A stretch of 64,000 nt of DNA from Octopus sinensis. Its lineage: Eukaryota. Below the pieces are notes generated by a model. It was given only the letters and a program-made list of their open reading frames with translations. It ran no database searches and had not been told where the DNA came from. The position numbers and the translations under genes were made by a program. Numbering within the stretch: position 1 is the first letter of the stretch; each line of letters begins with the position of its first letter. Positions 38,801 through 50,815 of the stretch are shown here, piece after piece. The stretch is from positions 55,378,464 through 55,442,463 of the forward strand of contig NC_043011.1 of the NCBI RefSeq assembly GCF_006345805.1, given 5' to 3'.

Positions 38801-39169
38801 GATTTCTTCTCGTCTGGTTAAGCCATAAGAAAAATGGTAGAAATCCTGATGCAGGCTTGATTGAGTCATTAAAGAATTAATTTCCTTGGACACCAACACT
38901 TGTCAAATAATAAATTAACATCAATCAACCAACAATAGAGCCTATACGCTGCCACTCAAACTGCAAGAAATAACTGAATCTCCTTCAAGTCATTCTATTG
39001 TCTTGCAAAAAGAAGACCATTTGAAATAATGCAGTTGGAGAAACCTTTGTGTTTATCTGAAATATAGGTTAATCAAGACTGGAATATGTCTTTGACTGAG
39101 GTTCACCAATTCATAACTAATACAACAAGAAATCTCTGTCAGCAACACATCTATTTGTTTTTAAGCTCA

Positions 39170-39391
39170 AGTGGACAGTTGGTATTTATTAGGAATTATT
39201 CCATGGAAGACTAGATTTGACATTTTCTTCCTTAGAAGTTTCAACTTAAAATCACCAAAAACGTTCATCCTTTGCCTACGTTACATTTTCTTTTTTCATT
39301 TCAGTCATGAAAAGTTCACCTGCTGTGCCAACAGTTTATGGTTCTCGAGTTTTGACATTGTACACGTGGAAAAAGTAACATTAAACGGATA
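39170..39391 (-). other. CCNH: Candidate CCNH terminal (3'UTR) exon
   Basis: Exon 9 ends in a donor, so a further exon is implied. Candidate acceptors lie at 39392 (gattacAG) or 39320 (cagcAG), with AATAAA on the minus strand at 39190-39185. The acceptor choice is not resolved. Confidence 0.4.
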
Positions 39392-39528
39392 CTGTAATCA
39401 CGTCAATTACGAACAGATATAATTTTAAATAGAAAGTCTTCTTAAATTCTTTCACAAATGAAACATATTAAGAAAACTTTCCATGATTTAGATAACTTTA
39501 TTCTCCATATCAATCACATACCCCTTAA

Positions 39529-40602
39529 CCCTTTTGTTACCAAACCGCCCAAAGCCGCCCAAAAAAATTTTGGTTAATGTGACCAAACCGCCCAAAGCCG
39601 CCCGAATTTACCTATTCATATTTAAATGAGAATATCAGAGCAAATCTCTTTAGTACATTCGTGAAAACACGTATTATACTTCGTAAACAGTTCAACTACA
39701 GTTTTGTACAATAATCGAAGTATAATTTTAATTCCGTGAATTTTGGGAGATTTTTTTCCGAAATTTGTTCCTATTGTGTTTTCAAAATTTGTAATTCTGA
39801 CAAAAAATGGATACGAATTTCATTATATCAAGCAGCGAGTCAGAATTCGAAAGATTTTCTACTGAAGACCTTCATAAATCTAACTCTATGACTGAAAAAA
39901 AAAAGCACGTGGTATTTGATAATGAATCTGATGTTTCATTTTCCGAAAGTGAAAACAGTGAATCCGAGAGCTCCGACAGCGATAAAGAAAATGAATTGGC
40001 ACCTGAATGGAGTGAAAATTTAAAAACTGTTTCTTTCGGTGTTTTTTCTGAAGAAACTGGACCAAGCCACAGACTTTCCCAGAAGAGTAAAGCCGTAGAC
40101 TATTTCTTTTTACTTTTGCGAATGAGCCTATTTGAAATCATTACGGCGGAAACGAACCGTTACGCTAAACGTAAACAAAGCGAAAGAAACGATAGTTAGT
40201 GGTTTCCCATAACCTTAAATGAAATTAAGACTATTTTGCCATAAATATTATTATGGGTATCAGAAAGTATTATGGGTATCGTAAAATTTTGTTGTATACC
40301 CCATTGAATATTAGCTAATAACCCATTTTCTATAGCGATGTTTGAACAAAATTTTAATAATTTTATATTTTGTTGAATTTACCTGTATCTACCTGCAATT
40401 AGAGTCACTTTGTGACAAAAATTATAGTATAGAATTGGTTGAGAACATTTCATTAAATTATCTTCCAAAAATCAGATTAATATATTGATAAATAAAAAAG
40501 TTATAGTTGTTTAATGAAACCAGACTAAATTTATGATTATGTTAGAAATTAATTGAAACACATAAGGGGTGTATTTTGGTCAGAAATATAGTAACGAAAG
40601 GG
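39529..40602 (+). mobile_element. piggyBac internal-deletion derivative with truncated transposase
   Basis: TTAA on both sides (39525-39528, 40603-40606); ends CCCTTTTGTTAC / GTAACGAAAGGG. ORF 39807..40199 has an acidic N-terminus and FSEETGP..DYFFLL..EIITAETNRYA, then a stop followed by WFPITLNEIK. Confidence 0.9.
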
Positions 40603-41739
40603 TTAAACAATAAAAATTCCGATACCTTTCAGAAATATGAAATTGGTAAAATCAAAACTGAACAACTGAATAACTTGTAGTGTTTAGTTATGTCCCTTTA
40701 CCTTCTCATGTTTTTGAGTCCTGCTAAGATCAACTCCACCCTCTGTCATTCTAAAGTTGATAAAATAAATTGTTAATTCTTTCCTCACATCAAGTGTGAT
40801 TTTGTGCTGATGTTAAAAACTGTTATTTGAAATAAATGCCAGACAGACAGGTTGCTAAAGCTAAGAGTCATTCTAGACAATTTCAAGTCAGCTCAAAACT
40901 CATCAATGAAATTTAAGGGCCATGGTAGCTCATTAACATTAGATGGGCTGCATTAATTTCAGGTGTGTGTGTGTGTGTAGTATAATAAAGGCTGGCCCTA
41001 CTTGAATTTACTGCAATGTAACGTGTTGGGTGCTTATCAACCTGTAATGAATTGAGCTTTTTATTACAGCAGATTTAGTCTTTGATATTCATATGTCTAT
41101 GGGGAGAATATATAAATTTGTGATACCAGTGCCGGTGGCACATAAGAGAACCATCCGAACGTGGCCACTGCCAGCGCCGCCTTGACTGGCCTCCGTGCTG
41201 GTGGCACGTAAAAAGCACCAACCGATTGTGGCCGTTGCCAGCCTCGCCTGGCACCTGTGCCAGTGGCATGTAAAAAGCACCCACTACACTCACGGAGTTG
41301 TTGGCATTAGGAAGGGCATCAAGCTGTAGACTGGAGTCTGGTGCAGCCTCCTGGCTTCCCAGACCCCAGTCGAACCGTCCGACCCATGCTAGCATGGAAA
41401 AAACAGACGTTAAACGAGGATGATGATGATGTATGCATATCTAGCTATAAATATATACACATACAGTGTGTGTATGTGTGTGTGTGTGCATGCAAATACC
41501 AATTACTCTTCTATAATCCACCAGCAAATATTTATTGCAGGCTGTTGCAAGATAGACTAATGTGTATCCCTGTCATACAGGCAGCCTTATTATTATTATT
41601 CAATACTCATTACTTAACTGATATTATGACCTTAATCAAGGTCATAATACAAGGTTGGTAATTGTATTAAAGCCATACCAAAAACAGAGCAATATAATTA
41701 TTAAATTTTGAAAAAACCAAAAATTACCTGAAGTAAACA

Positions 41740-41785
41740 CTAGAGTTTCTCATCTTCAAACATCTCTTGCATTTTTTTCTTGTAA
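41740..41785 (-). CDS. CCNH: Cyclin H exon 9, duplicated copy A
   Basis: Identical 58-nt exon (41728-41785) with intact acceptor and donor, inside the 971-bp tandem duplication. TAG at 41742-41740. Confidence 0.75.
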
Positions 41786-42710
41786 CTGGAAAATATAAAT
41801 TACACAAATTAAATGATTAACGATAAAAAAAATAATTCTGGTAACAGATACACATCCCTATTCTACAGAACCTGTTATTAAAGCAATTTTTATTGTTCAC
41901 TAGTTACATATTCTTAAACCAGAAAAACACCCACATTTCAACAAACAGTTTCTACTTTATTTTGTCTCTACTCCACTCAAATAATCTTTTTTTTAAATGA
42001 AATAAAATTTCCTTAAATCTGGCCAGAATGTCTTCAATTTGTCTCTAATTGAACTAAAAACCCACATGTGGGTGGCTGTGTAGTAAGTAGCTTGCTTCCC
42101 AACCACATCATTCCTGGTTCAGTCCCACTGTGTGGCACCTTGGGCAAATGTCTTCTACTATAGCCTCAGGCTGACCAAAGCCTTGTGAATGGATTTGGTA
42201 GACGGAAACTGAAAGAAGCCTGTCATGTGCCGGTGGCATGTAAAAAGCACCCACTACACTCACGGAGTTGTTGGCATTAGGAAGGGCATCAAGCTGTAGA
42301 CTGGAGTCTGGTGCAGCCTCCTGGCTTCCCAGACCCCAGTCGAACCGTCCGACCCATGCTAGCATGGAAAAAACAGACGTTAAACGAGGATGATGATGAT
42401 GTATGCATATCTAGCTATAATATATACACATACAGTGTGTGTATGTGTGTGTGTGTGTGCATGCAAATACCAATTACTCTTCTATAATCCACCAGCAAAT
42501 ATTTATTGCAGGCTGTTGCAAGATAGACTAATGTGTATCCCTGTCATACAGGCAGCCTTATTATTATTATTCAATACTCGTTACTTAACTGATATTATGA
42601 CCTTAATCAAGGTCATAATACAAGGTTGGTAATTGTATTAAAGCCATACCAAAAACAGAGCAATATAATTATTAAATTTTGAAAAAACCAAAAATTACCT
42701 GAAGTAAACA

Positions 42711-42756
42711 CTAGAGTTTCTCATCTTCAAACATCTCTTGCATTTTTTTCTTGTAA
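42711..42756 (-). CDS. CCNH: Cyclin H coding exon 9, copy B (first in transcription order); contains the stop codon
   Basis: ttttccAG acceptor; (V)YKKKMQEMFEDEKL then TAG at 42713-42711. The exon continues 12 nt to donor GTAATT (whole exon 42699-42756, 58 nt). Spliced CDS is 909 nt = 302 aa + stop. Confidence 0.85.
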
Positions 42757-44475
42757 CTGGAAAATATAAATTACACAAATTAAATGATTAACGATAAAAA
42801 AAATAATTCTGGTAACAGATACACATCCCTATTCTACAGAACCTGTTATTAAAGCAATTTTTATTGTTCACTAGTTACATATTCTTAAACCAGAAAAACA
42901 CCCACATTTCAACAAACAGTTTCTACTTTATTTTGTCTCTACTCCACTCAAATAATCTTTTTTTTAAATGAAATAAAATTTCCTTAAATCTGGCCAGAAT
43001 GTCTTCAATTTGTCTCTAATTGAACTAAAAACCCACATGTGGGTGGCTGTGTAGTAAGTAGCTTGCTTCCCAACCACATCATTCCTGGTTCAGTCCCACT
43101 GTGTGGCACCTTGGGCAAATGTCTTCTACTATAGCCTCAGGCTGACCAAAGCCTTGTGAATGGATTTGGTAGACGGAAACTGAAAGAAGCCTGTCATGTG
43201 CCGGTGGCATGTAAAAAGCACCCATTACACTCATGGAGTGGTTGGCGTTAGGAAGGGCATCCAGCTGTAGAAACACTGCCAGATCAGACTGGAGCCTGGT
43301 GCAGCCTCCTGGCATCCCAGACCCTGGTCGAACCGTCCAACCCATGCTAGCACGGAAAACGGACGTTAAACGATGATGATGATGATGATGATGAATATTA
43401 AATGTCTGAATATTAAAACTAATTTTTGAAACTTCTTTGATGAATTGAAACTAGTTCTCTGATTTCTAACTATTTGGTTTCTTCATTAAAATCTCACAAA
43501 GTCACTTTTCCTCAATTCCAATGACTATTTTTTTCTCTACAGAAATGTTTGCATAGATCTCTACTGAACTTTCACCTTTAATCAAAAGATATAACATCAA
43601 TCACGAAATTTTCACTGAATCTTCAAAAAGCTATAAAACTGCCCAAATATGTTATTTTAATGAACTGATGATAACCGTACACAATAATCCTTTCCACTGT
43701 AGGGAGAAGGCCTGAAATTTTGGAGGAGGAGGAGGAAAGTCGATTATATTGACCGCCCCAGCACTCAACTGGTATTTATTTCATTAACCCTGAAAGGATG
43801 AAAGGCAAAGCTGACTATGACAGAATTTGAACTCAGAACGGAAAGACAAACGAAATGCTGCTCAGCATTTTGTCCAGCTGTGTGCGTGCGCACATACATG
43901 CGAGTACTGTCCAAATCTCTGACCAATCACATACAGCTAGCTGGCATTCAATTGGTGTATCAAGTTTCAGGCATTTTGATTGGGTTTTGGATAGAAAATT
44001 CACCAAAAAGTCACTTCTATTGATTTTTTAATGGCTTTGCAGGTTGACTGGGGAAATGTAAAGATGTGCACAACCACCCTTGGACGGTTTTGAATGACCA
44101 TAGAAAGTGCAAGCCCTCTAACTGAAAAATTGTGGATTTGTATAAAGGACACACACACAGACAGACATTTTGCCGTTTATATATATAGAGATACGCATAA
44201 GAGATATGTGTGTGTGTGGTGTGTGTACAACAGGCTTCCACACAGTTTCTATCTACCAAATTCACTCAGAAGGTAATGCTTGGCCCCGGGCTACAGAAGA
44301 AGACACTTGCACAAGGTGCCACGCAGTGGAACTGAACCTAAAATCACAGATCAGACATTCAATCAAGTTTTAAACAAAGTTTTGAATCCTTATTAAATTC
44401 TTCTTTTACAACAGGTGAGATATTTTGTTTGTTTGTTTTTCTATTGATTGCTGAAATATTTCCTTGTAAACTTAC

Positions 44476-44587
44476 ACTTCACTGTCCGGATTGTTTTCCT
44501 GGTTACGACATTTTTCCAACTTCTTCTCCAACTGTCGGATGTGTTCCCTCTTCAAGCTGTTTTGATTGTTCACCGTTATTTGAATTA
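44476..44587 (-). CDS. CCNH: Cyclin H coding exon 8
   Basis: ttattcAG acceptor, 112 nt: IQITVNNQNSLKREHIRQLEKKLEKCRNQENNPDSE(V), donor GTAAGT. Confidence 0.92.
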
Positions 44588-44856
44588 CTGAATAATATCA
44601 CAAAGAGGACATTGGAACTTAAAATAGAGCAACATTTGTTCTATAGAAAACATGAACCAATCTGAGAAAAATGGAGAAATTTCAGTGGAATTGAAAGGGA
44701 TTGTCTACTGAAACAAAAATACTTTCATAATTTATCCAATATCATTAATTAATTTTGATTTTCCAATATTATACTCCTCCTCCTCCACCTCTTCAACATA
44801 ACTTTAGAAAAACGAGTTTGTTTTTATAGTTTAGCCTTGAGTTTTAGCAATGTGCC

Positions 44857-45486
44857 ATACCCTAGCGGTTGAGGGAACCTGTGGAAGAGGTAGACCCAGG
44901 AAAACCCGGGACGAGGTGGTGAAGCATGACCTTCGAACTTTAGATCTCACCGAGGCAATGACCAGTGACCGAGACCTTTGGAAATATGCTGTGCGTGAGA
45001 AGACCCGGCAGGACAAGTGACACCATAACCCGTGGCCTTTACCTGGGATGTAGCCAGTCCACTTATGCATACCTTTCCTTCTTGGAACACAAAACTCTGC
45101 TTGCGAAGACCTGTTGAGGCAAGTGAAATCAAAATCGATCAAAAATCAATGGAAATTGTAGTTGTGATACCAGTGCTGGTGGCACGTAAGAGAACCATCC
45201 GAACGTGGCCATTGCTAGCGCCAGTTCGACTGGCCTCCATGCCGGTGGCACGTAAAAAGCACCAACCGATCGTGGCCGTTGCCAGCCACGCCTGGCCCCT
45301 GTGCCAGTGGCACGTAAAAAGCACCCACTACACTCACGGAGTGGTTGGTGTTAGGAAGGGCATCCAGCTGTAGAAACACTGCCAGATCAGACTGGGCCTG
45401 GTGCAGCCTCCTGGCTTCCCAGACCCCGGTTGAACCGTCCAACCCATGCTAGCATGGAAAGCGGACGTTAAACAATGATGATGATT
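44857..45486 (+). mobile_element. 5'-truncated RTE-type LINE
   Basis: Same family as 59140-60094. Shorter 3' fragments at about 1305-1640, 3935-4110, 12255-12972, 21968-22222, 27762-27947, 31305-31460, 36385-36740, 41100-41430, 48160-48350, 48880-49425, 50918-51105 and 61400-61630. Confidence 0.85.
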
Positions 45487-45564
45487 TGAAGTAACAAAAT
45501 ATTTATTAGAAATACTAATAATTAAAAATACAATAAACACAAATATTACAGTCAGTATACTTAC

Positions 45565-45635
45565 ATTTAATTTGTTGCATTGCTCGCTTCTTCTGATCTG
45601 ATTCAGCTCCTTTCATTAAAATTGATGTGACATAA
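45565..45635 (-). CDS. CCNH: Cyclin H coding exon 7
   Basis: ttttgctAG acceptor, 71 nt: (S)YVTSILMKGAESDQKKRAMQQIK(L), donor GTAAGT. Confidence 0.9.
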
Positions 45636-45890
45636 CTAGCAAAAGACAGATTTTAAGCAGAAACCAATCAAAAAATAAAGGTTCAATATTTTCTTTTTAA
45701 AGAGCAAAATTATTTTGAAAAGAATTGATTTAACTTGAGGATACGAATAGTTCTTGTTTTATTGATTCTGCAGAGAAGAGAAATTCACCCTAAAAAGATT
45801 AATATTTTTCTGTTCTTTTTTTATTGCTTAGTTAAAGGAGGGGAAAGTAAAAAGTAAAATAGAAATTTTTTTAAAAAACGTAAAACTTAC

Positions 45891-45946
45891 CTCATAATGT
45901 CAATGTTTTTTAAAGAACAACTGTCCAAAATAGCAGCTAATGATAT
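45891..45946 (-). CDS. CCNH: Cyclin H coding exon 6
   Basis: ttttcAG acceptor, 56 nt: ISLAAILDSCSLKNIDIM(S), donor GTAAGT. Phases are continuous with exons 5 and 7. Confidence 0.92.
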
Positions 45947-46934
45947 CTGAAAATTAAAAAACATGTCAATAAACAAAATCAATTAGATACAATTCACTAA
46001 ATAGTATAAAGATTGAAAAAAAAAAATAAAACCCATTTACTCTACTGTCTGCAATGAAATTACAAAAAAATGGAGAATCTAAGAAGACATAGAAACAGGG
46101 CAGACGCCTTAGCAGAATTATTGCCCCCAGGGCAAACCAATGCACTGGGCCCCAGGGGGTATTTACTTGTAGTATACGTAGATCAGCTGGCAGAAACGTT
46201 AGCACGCTGGGCGAAATGCTTAGCGGTATTTCGTCTGCCGTTACGTTCTGAGTTCAAATTCAGCCGAGGTCGACTTTGCCTTTCATCCTTTCGGGGTCGA
46301 TTAAATAAGTACCAGTTATGCACTGGGGTCGATGCAGTCGACTTAATCCGTTTGTCTGTCCTCTCTGTGTTTAGCCCCTTGTGGGTAGTAAAGAAATGAG
46401 TATACGTAGGTCAGAATTGGGTCCCTAGACTTGTATGACCCCAAGGCACATGTCAAGTGTGTCCATGTCTGACTGCATATAAATGTCCAAATTTGTAGAC
46501 GATTGGAGCAATTTATGATGAATTTGAAAGTTAAAAAAAAAAAATTCTTAACCATCTTAAGTTGATTAAAAATCTCTAATGTTCAGGTCCAGCCTTTTCA
46601 GTTCATCTTAATGGATATATTTTTGGTGAATTAATGAGTACAAAAATTTGTATATGCAGCTAATGAAAGATAAAAACTAATAAGTTTTGTTTTCATTGAA
46701 ACTCAAAGACATTTTTACACAAAAATCATTGAAATGGAGTTATCAGGTTTATAGTAATTTGCTTAGCTTTCCATACATAAACTTTAAATTAAATGCTTTG
46801 GAGAGGAGGAACAGGCTACAAACAACGGCCCTTTACTATTATGCAAATAAATGCAACATTTTAAAGAATTGCTATTAAAGAAATAACTTGATTCCAAATA
46901 GACAAATACAATAGTAATATTTATTATACTTAAC

Positions 46935-47042
46935 CTGGGCTGGGGAAACCAACAGACAGATATCAGTTAACATGGATTTTTCTAAAAATTCTTCAGCTTG
47001 TTGTCGTAGTATTTCTGGATCACTACAAGTCTGACAGTTTGT
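46935..47042 (-). CDS. CCNH: Cyclin H coding exon 5
   Basis: cttacAG acceptor, 108 nt: TNCQTCSDPEILRQQAEEFLEKSMLTDICLLVSPAQ, donor GTTAAG. Confidence 0.93.
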
Positions 47043-49857
47043 CTGTAAGTGAAAAACAAAAAAAAAAAAAGGTCGATTTAAGAAATAAGTGTCTTTTGCT
47101 TACAATCCCAGGCCACCCAATGTCTTATTAGTGCATTTAGTAGATGGAAACTGCATGGAAGCCCACCACTAGAACCTCTCTTCTTGAAGAATGCATTACA
47201 CAACATGAGGAAGATATGGTAAAAGATCCTGCAATTAGGAAGAGATTCAGAGAAATTCTAACCAATACTTCTGACAGCAGGGAAATAGATTTAGATTTTT
47301 GTATTATAGATGAAAACGGGATTTCTATGAAATATCTTGTTAAGGGCTATGGAGCAAACATGGAGCAAAGTCCCAAACAAACAAAGTTATTTGGTGGTGG
47401 AATGATATAGTTGATAGGACAATAAAGGCTAAGAGACATGGAGGGAAAGTGTAGAAGGATGGTGGCAGTAGGGAGCATTTCCAAATGGCTAGAAAAGAAC
47501 TAGGGGTCAGATAAATTTGGCTAAGGGTGAGGCAGAAAGATTTGCACCTGTCTTGCAACATGTGGATCAGAGGCATGAGGTGTGTGTGTGTGTATTTAGA
47601 CTGTTTATATGAGTGTCTGTTTGTTTACATCCCTGTAACTTAACAATCCAGCAAAAAGGGAACGATAGAATAAGTACTGGGGTTGATTTCTTTGACTAAC
47701 CCATCAAGGTGGTGCTCTAGCATGGCCACAGTCCAATAACTGAAACAAAGAGAAATGATAGTCAAAGATCCCCACAGCACAGAAGGAAATTCTTTTTCTA
47801 TCTTTTAATCAGGAGGGAAGGCAGTTTTGTTGCCCTTTACAGGGCCTCCATAACTAAGAGAAGAGGAGGGGGCATCCTGAGACTGGAGACGTGTCCCTCA
47901 AATACCTGCAATGGAGTAAATTTCTCTAGAGGTAGTCAAGGTGTTGGTGGTGAGTTTCAGGTGATAGATTAACTCTAAAACCAAATAGGCACCAATGGGA
48001 TTTGAATTCAAACTACAAAGACCCAGACCGAATACCAGAAGGCACCAGCCCTGCCAACCCATCATGTGGAATTTATAATTTTGTTTTTTTTTACATTGAC
48101 CACCCACAAAAATGTGAAAGGCAAAACTGACCTCAATTATATACAAACAAAACATTTAAAATCATCATCATCATCGTTTAACGTCCGTTTTCCATGCTAG
48201 CATGGCTTGGACGGTTCGACCAGGGTCTGGGAAGCCAGGAGGCTGCACCAGGCTCCAGTCTGATCTGGCAGTGTTTCTACAGCTGGATGCCCTTCCTAAC
48301 ACCAACCACTCCGCGAGTGTAGTGGGTGCTTTTTACTTGCCACCGGCACAGGGGTCAGACAAGGCTGGCAAACAGCCACGGTCAATAAAATAAAAAAAAT
48401 TATAACCACAACTATTTTTTAAGCTGCATTTTAACTTGATACATTAAATGTTAGCAAAATGAAAATCTGTACAGCATGCACGCACACACACACATATGTA
48501 CATAAGGTATTTGTGTATATATATAATCCATTGTTATAATTGTTAATGTGATATTCCATGATATATGTTAGATGGGTCTATTAAAAGAGCATTTCACATC
48601 ATCTTAAATACAAGCAGAAAGCAGCCCCCATTTCAGGCACCTTCTGATAGGTTATGTTATATGTATGTGTGTGTATGTATATATATATATATCATCAAAC
48701 ATATATAAATATATAGAGTATAGGATATTAGCAACACTGGCTCTACAAAGGATATAATATGGGTTACAGTTGGCTTCCACCAGCCTATACCTGGTTATAT
48801 TTGCACCACACCTGGAATATTTTATCATCATCATCATTGCTTAACATCTGTTTTCCATTAAACGATGATGATGGTGCTAAAATGCAAATATAACCAGGTA
48901 TAGGCTGCAAGAGAGACAACTGTGCTGTTTGGGTCATGTGTTGCATATGGATGAAGACAGTGGTATGAAAAAGTGCCACATCCTAACAGTGGAGGGAACC
49001 TGTGGAAGAGGTAGAGCCAGGAAGACCTGGGATGAGGTGGTGAAGCACAACCTTCGAACACTGGGCCTCAGAGGCAATGACAAACAACCGAGATCTCTGG
49101 AGATATGCTGTGCTTGAGAAGACCCGGCAAACCAAGTGAGACCATAACCATGGCATTTGCCAGTGTAGCATAACCAGTCCATTTAAGAGTACCTTTCAAT
49201 CATTGGGCATCATCATGGCTGATGCCAGTACTGCCTGATTGGCCCCCATGAAAAAGCACCCACTACACTCTCTGGAGTTGTTGGCATTAGGAAAGACATC
49301 CAGCTGTAGAAACACTGCAGGTCAGATTGAAGCCTGGTGCAGCCTTCTGGCTTGCCAGTCCTCAGTCAAACCATTCAACTCATGCCAGCATGGAAAGTGG
49401 AAGTTAAACGATGATGATGATGACATGTATACAAGCAAGAGGGAGGTTTGGTATCTTTTTGTGTAAAGAGCTACATTGTCATCTTATATAAGATGTAGAT
49501 GTGCTTGGGTCTCCTTGTCCTGACACTGCATAAGAGTTGTAAACAAGTGCCACCATCATGTAAGCAGGGTCCTTAACTTTCAATCTTCCATATAAACATG
49601 TCTGGTCATGGAGAAAATATCATCTTGCTGGTAAACAGTTTGGGGTTGGGAGAGGAAGGACATCCAGCCATAAACAATTTGATGATGAGGAGAAGGAGAT
49701 AAGAAGAAAAAAAATGTATGGCTCAGAGCACCAATCAAACCCCCTTAATATTTAACTTAAAAATGATATTCCTTGAGAATGCAAAAATTCCTTTTAATCT
49801 TTCACAAACTCCTAAATGCACAAACCAAAGTGGTGTAAGAAGTTCTGCAAGTCTCAC

Positions 49858-50059
49858 CTTCATATCAATGAGAAAACCTTCAAGAGGACGGAAAGGATTG
49901 TGGACAGTCAAATGATAGGACAGCTTCTCCATGAGTAACAATTCAAATCCAAGAATAACGTTAGCAAATTTGTCCCGATCTCCTTTCAGATTCCCAACAA
50001 ACTGGTTGATAGACACATTGAATTCTTCCACTTTGCTTGCTAAATATACACTCGTTAAC
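49858..50059 (-). CDS. CCNH: Cyclin H coding exon 4
   Basis: ccAG acceptor, 202 nt: LTSVYLASKVEEFNVSINQFVGNLKGDRDKFANVILGFELLLMEKLSYHLTVHNPFRPLEGFLIDMK, donor GTGAGA. Lies within track ORF 49735..50136. Confidence 0.97.
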
Positions 50060-50618
50060 CTGGGTGAAGAAAAAAAATGTAAACTCATTTTATTAACAGA
50101 TTTAACTATTTTAACCATACTTCTCTTGAAAAACACTAGCTTTTGTTTCAGTTAATTTAAAACTAATGAAGAATTTAGTAAAACAAATTGTTATAATGAA
50201 ACTACTGATTAGAGCATGAATTAAAGTAAAATTTTGATGGAAGCTTTTAATTTCAATCACTTTAAAAGAAGAAGTTTGCTCAGGGAGTGAGGGACAGTCT
50301 TTCAATCGCAACAACTTTGGAACCTACCAAATTAAATGATTTCCAACCTCCTGCTGAAGGCAGCATCTCACAGTGCAAGCTATATCATCATCCTTGTACT
50401 AACATCCCCTTTCCCATGGGAAAGAGGATGGCTCAGACAATTCATTGAGGCAGATTTTTTATTAGGGCCAGATGCCCTTCTTTTCACCAACCCTCACCTG
50501 TTTCAAGCAAGGTAAGCTTTCGTCCATGACTGGACAGAAAAAACTGGAAATGAAGAACACTGTATGACAGTGACACTCATTTACAATTATTGCACAATGT
50601 CAAAACAAGGAGACAGTA

Positions 50619-50651
<33 letters not shown>

Positions 50652-50659
50652 CACATGCA

Positions 50660-50815
50660 TGTCCTTTACCCCCCCCCCCTTGTGGCTTCTCTCCCTTCTC
50701 ACATCGATGAAACCAACCATGCTCTTCGTCTATTCAACTCTTTCTCCTTCCCTCCTGGCCCCTCCAAACTTCTCTTTACACTGGACATCCAGAGCCTCTA
50801 CACTGTGATACCTCA
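50660..50815 (+). mobile_element. Penelope-like RT fragment
   Basis: LPSHIDETNHALRLF..LLFTLDIQSLYTVIPH is PLE RT motif 3. Confidence 0.8.

Larger units (their letters stand above)
25782..38900 (+). pseudogene. SLF1: SLF1 (ANKRD32/BRCTx)-like multi-exon pseudogene
   Basis: Collinear degenerate fragments, by-eye match to recalled human protein. BRCT-like PRFVM*G..ER..TEL..TTH..KPEKHVCC (25782-26010); IPRSILLNVLGCLIKNISGVSGK..HP (27333-27440) vs IPPVCVLHALLENVLQDNIDTFSGR..HPP; FLEL..K*KWTLPSLLI..IWSG (29611-29795) vs YLEL..KGAWSLVEVLI..FWSG; ankyrin-like LTDS..ALLTHYG (34495-34560); KHSSVIELYSF (38012) vs KHFHYQQLEFGSF; SLRGLNSL..AIRKMVEIL (38750-38850) vs ASKGLTHL..TLQKLPHIL. Multiple stops. 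Confidence 0.68.
41256..43196. repeat. Near-identical tandem duplication (units 41256-42225 and 42226-43196) containing CCNH exon 9
   Basis: The two ~970-bp units differ by only a few changes that I could see (a 1-bp indel, one (TG) unit, one A/G). Each unit starts in an RTE 3'UTR fragment. Confidence 0.95.

Noticed and set aside
37891-38930. Minus-strand 'exons' (LRLLRPLRLKETLFKVL | TFGDMLGKHWSKFD..) suggesting an S4 voltage sensor or viral RdRp motif
   Set aside because: Motif order does not fit a channel or RdRp. The plus strand of the same DNA matches the SLF1 C-terminus collinearly, so these are antisense shadows of coding sequence.
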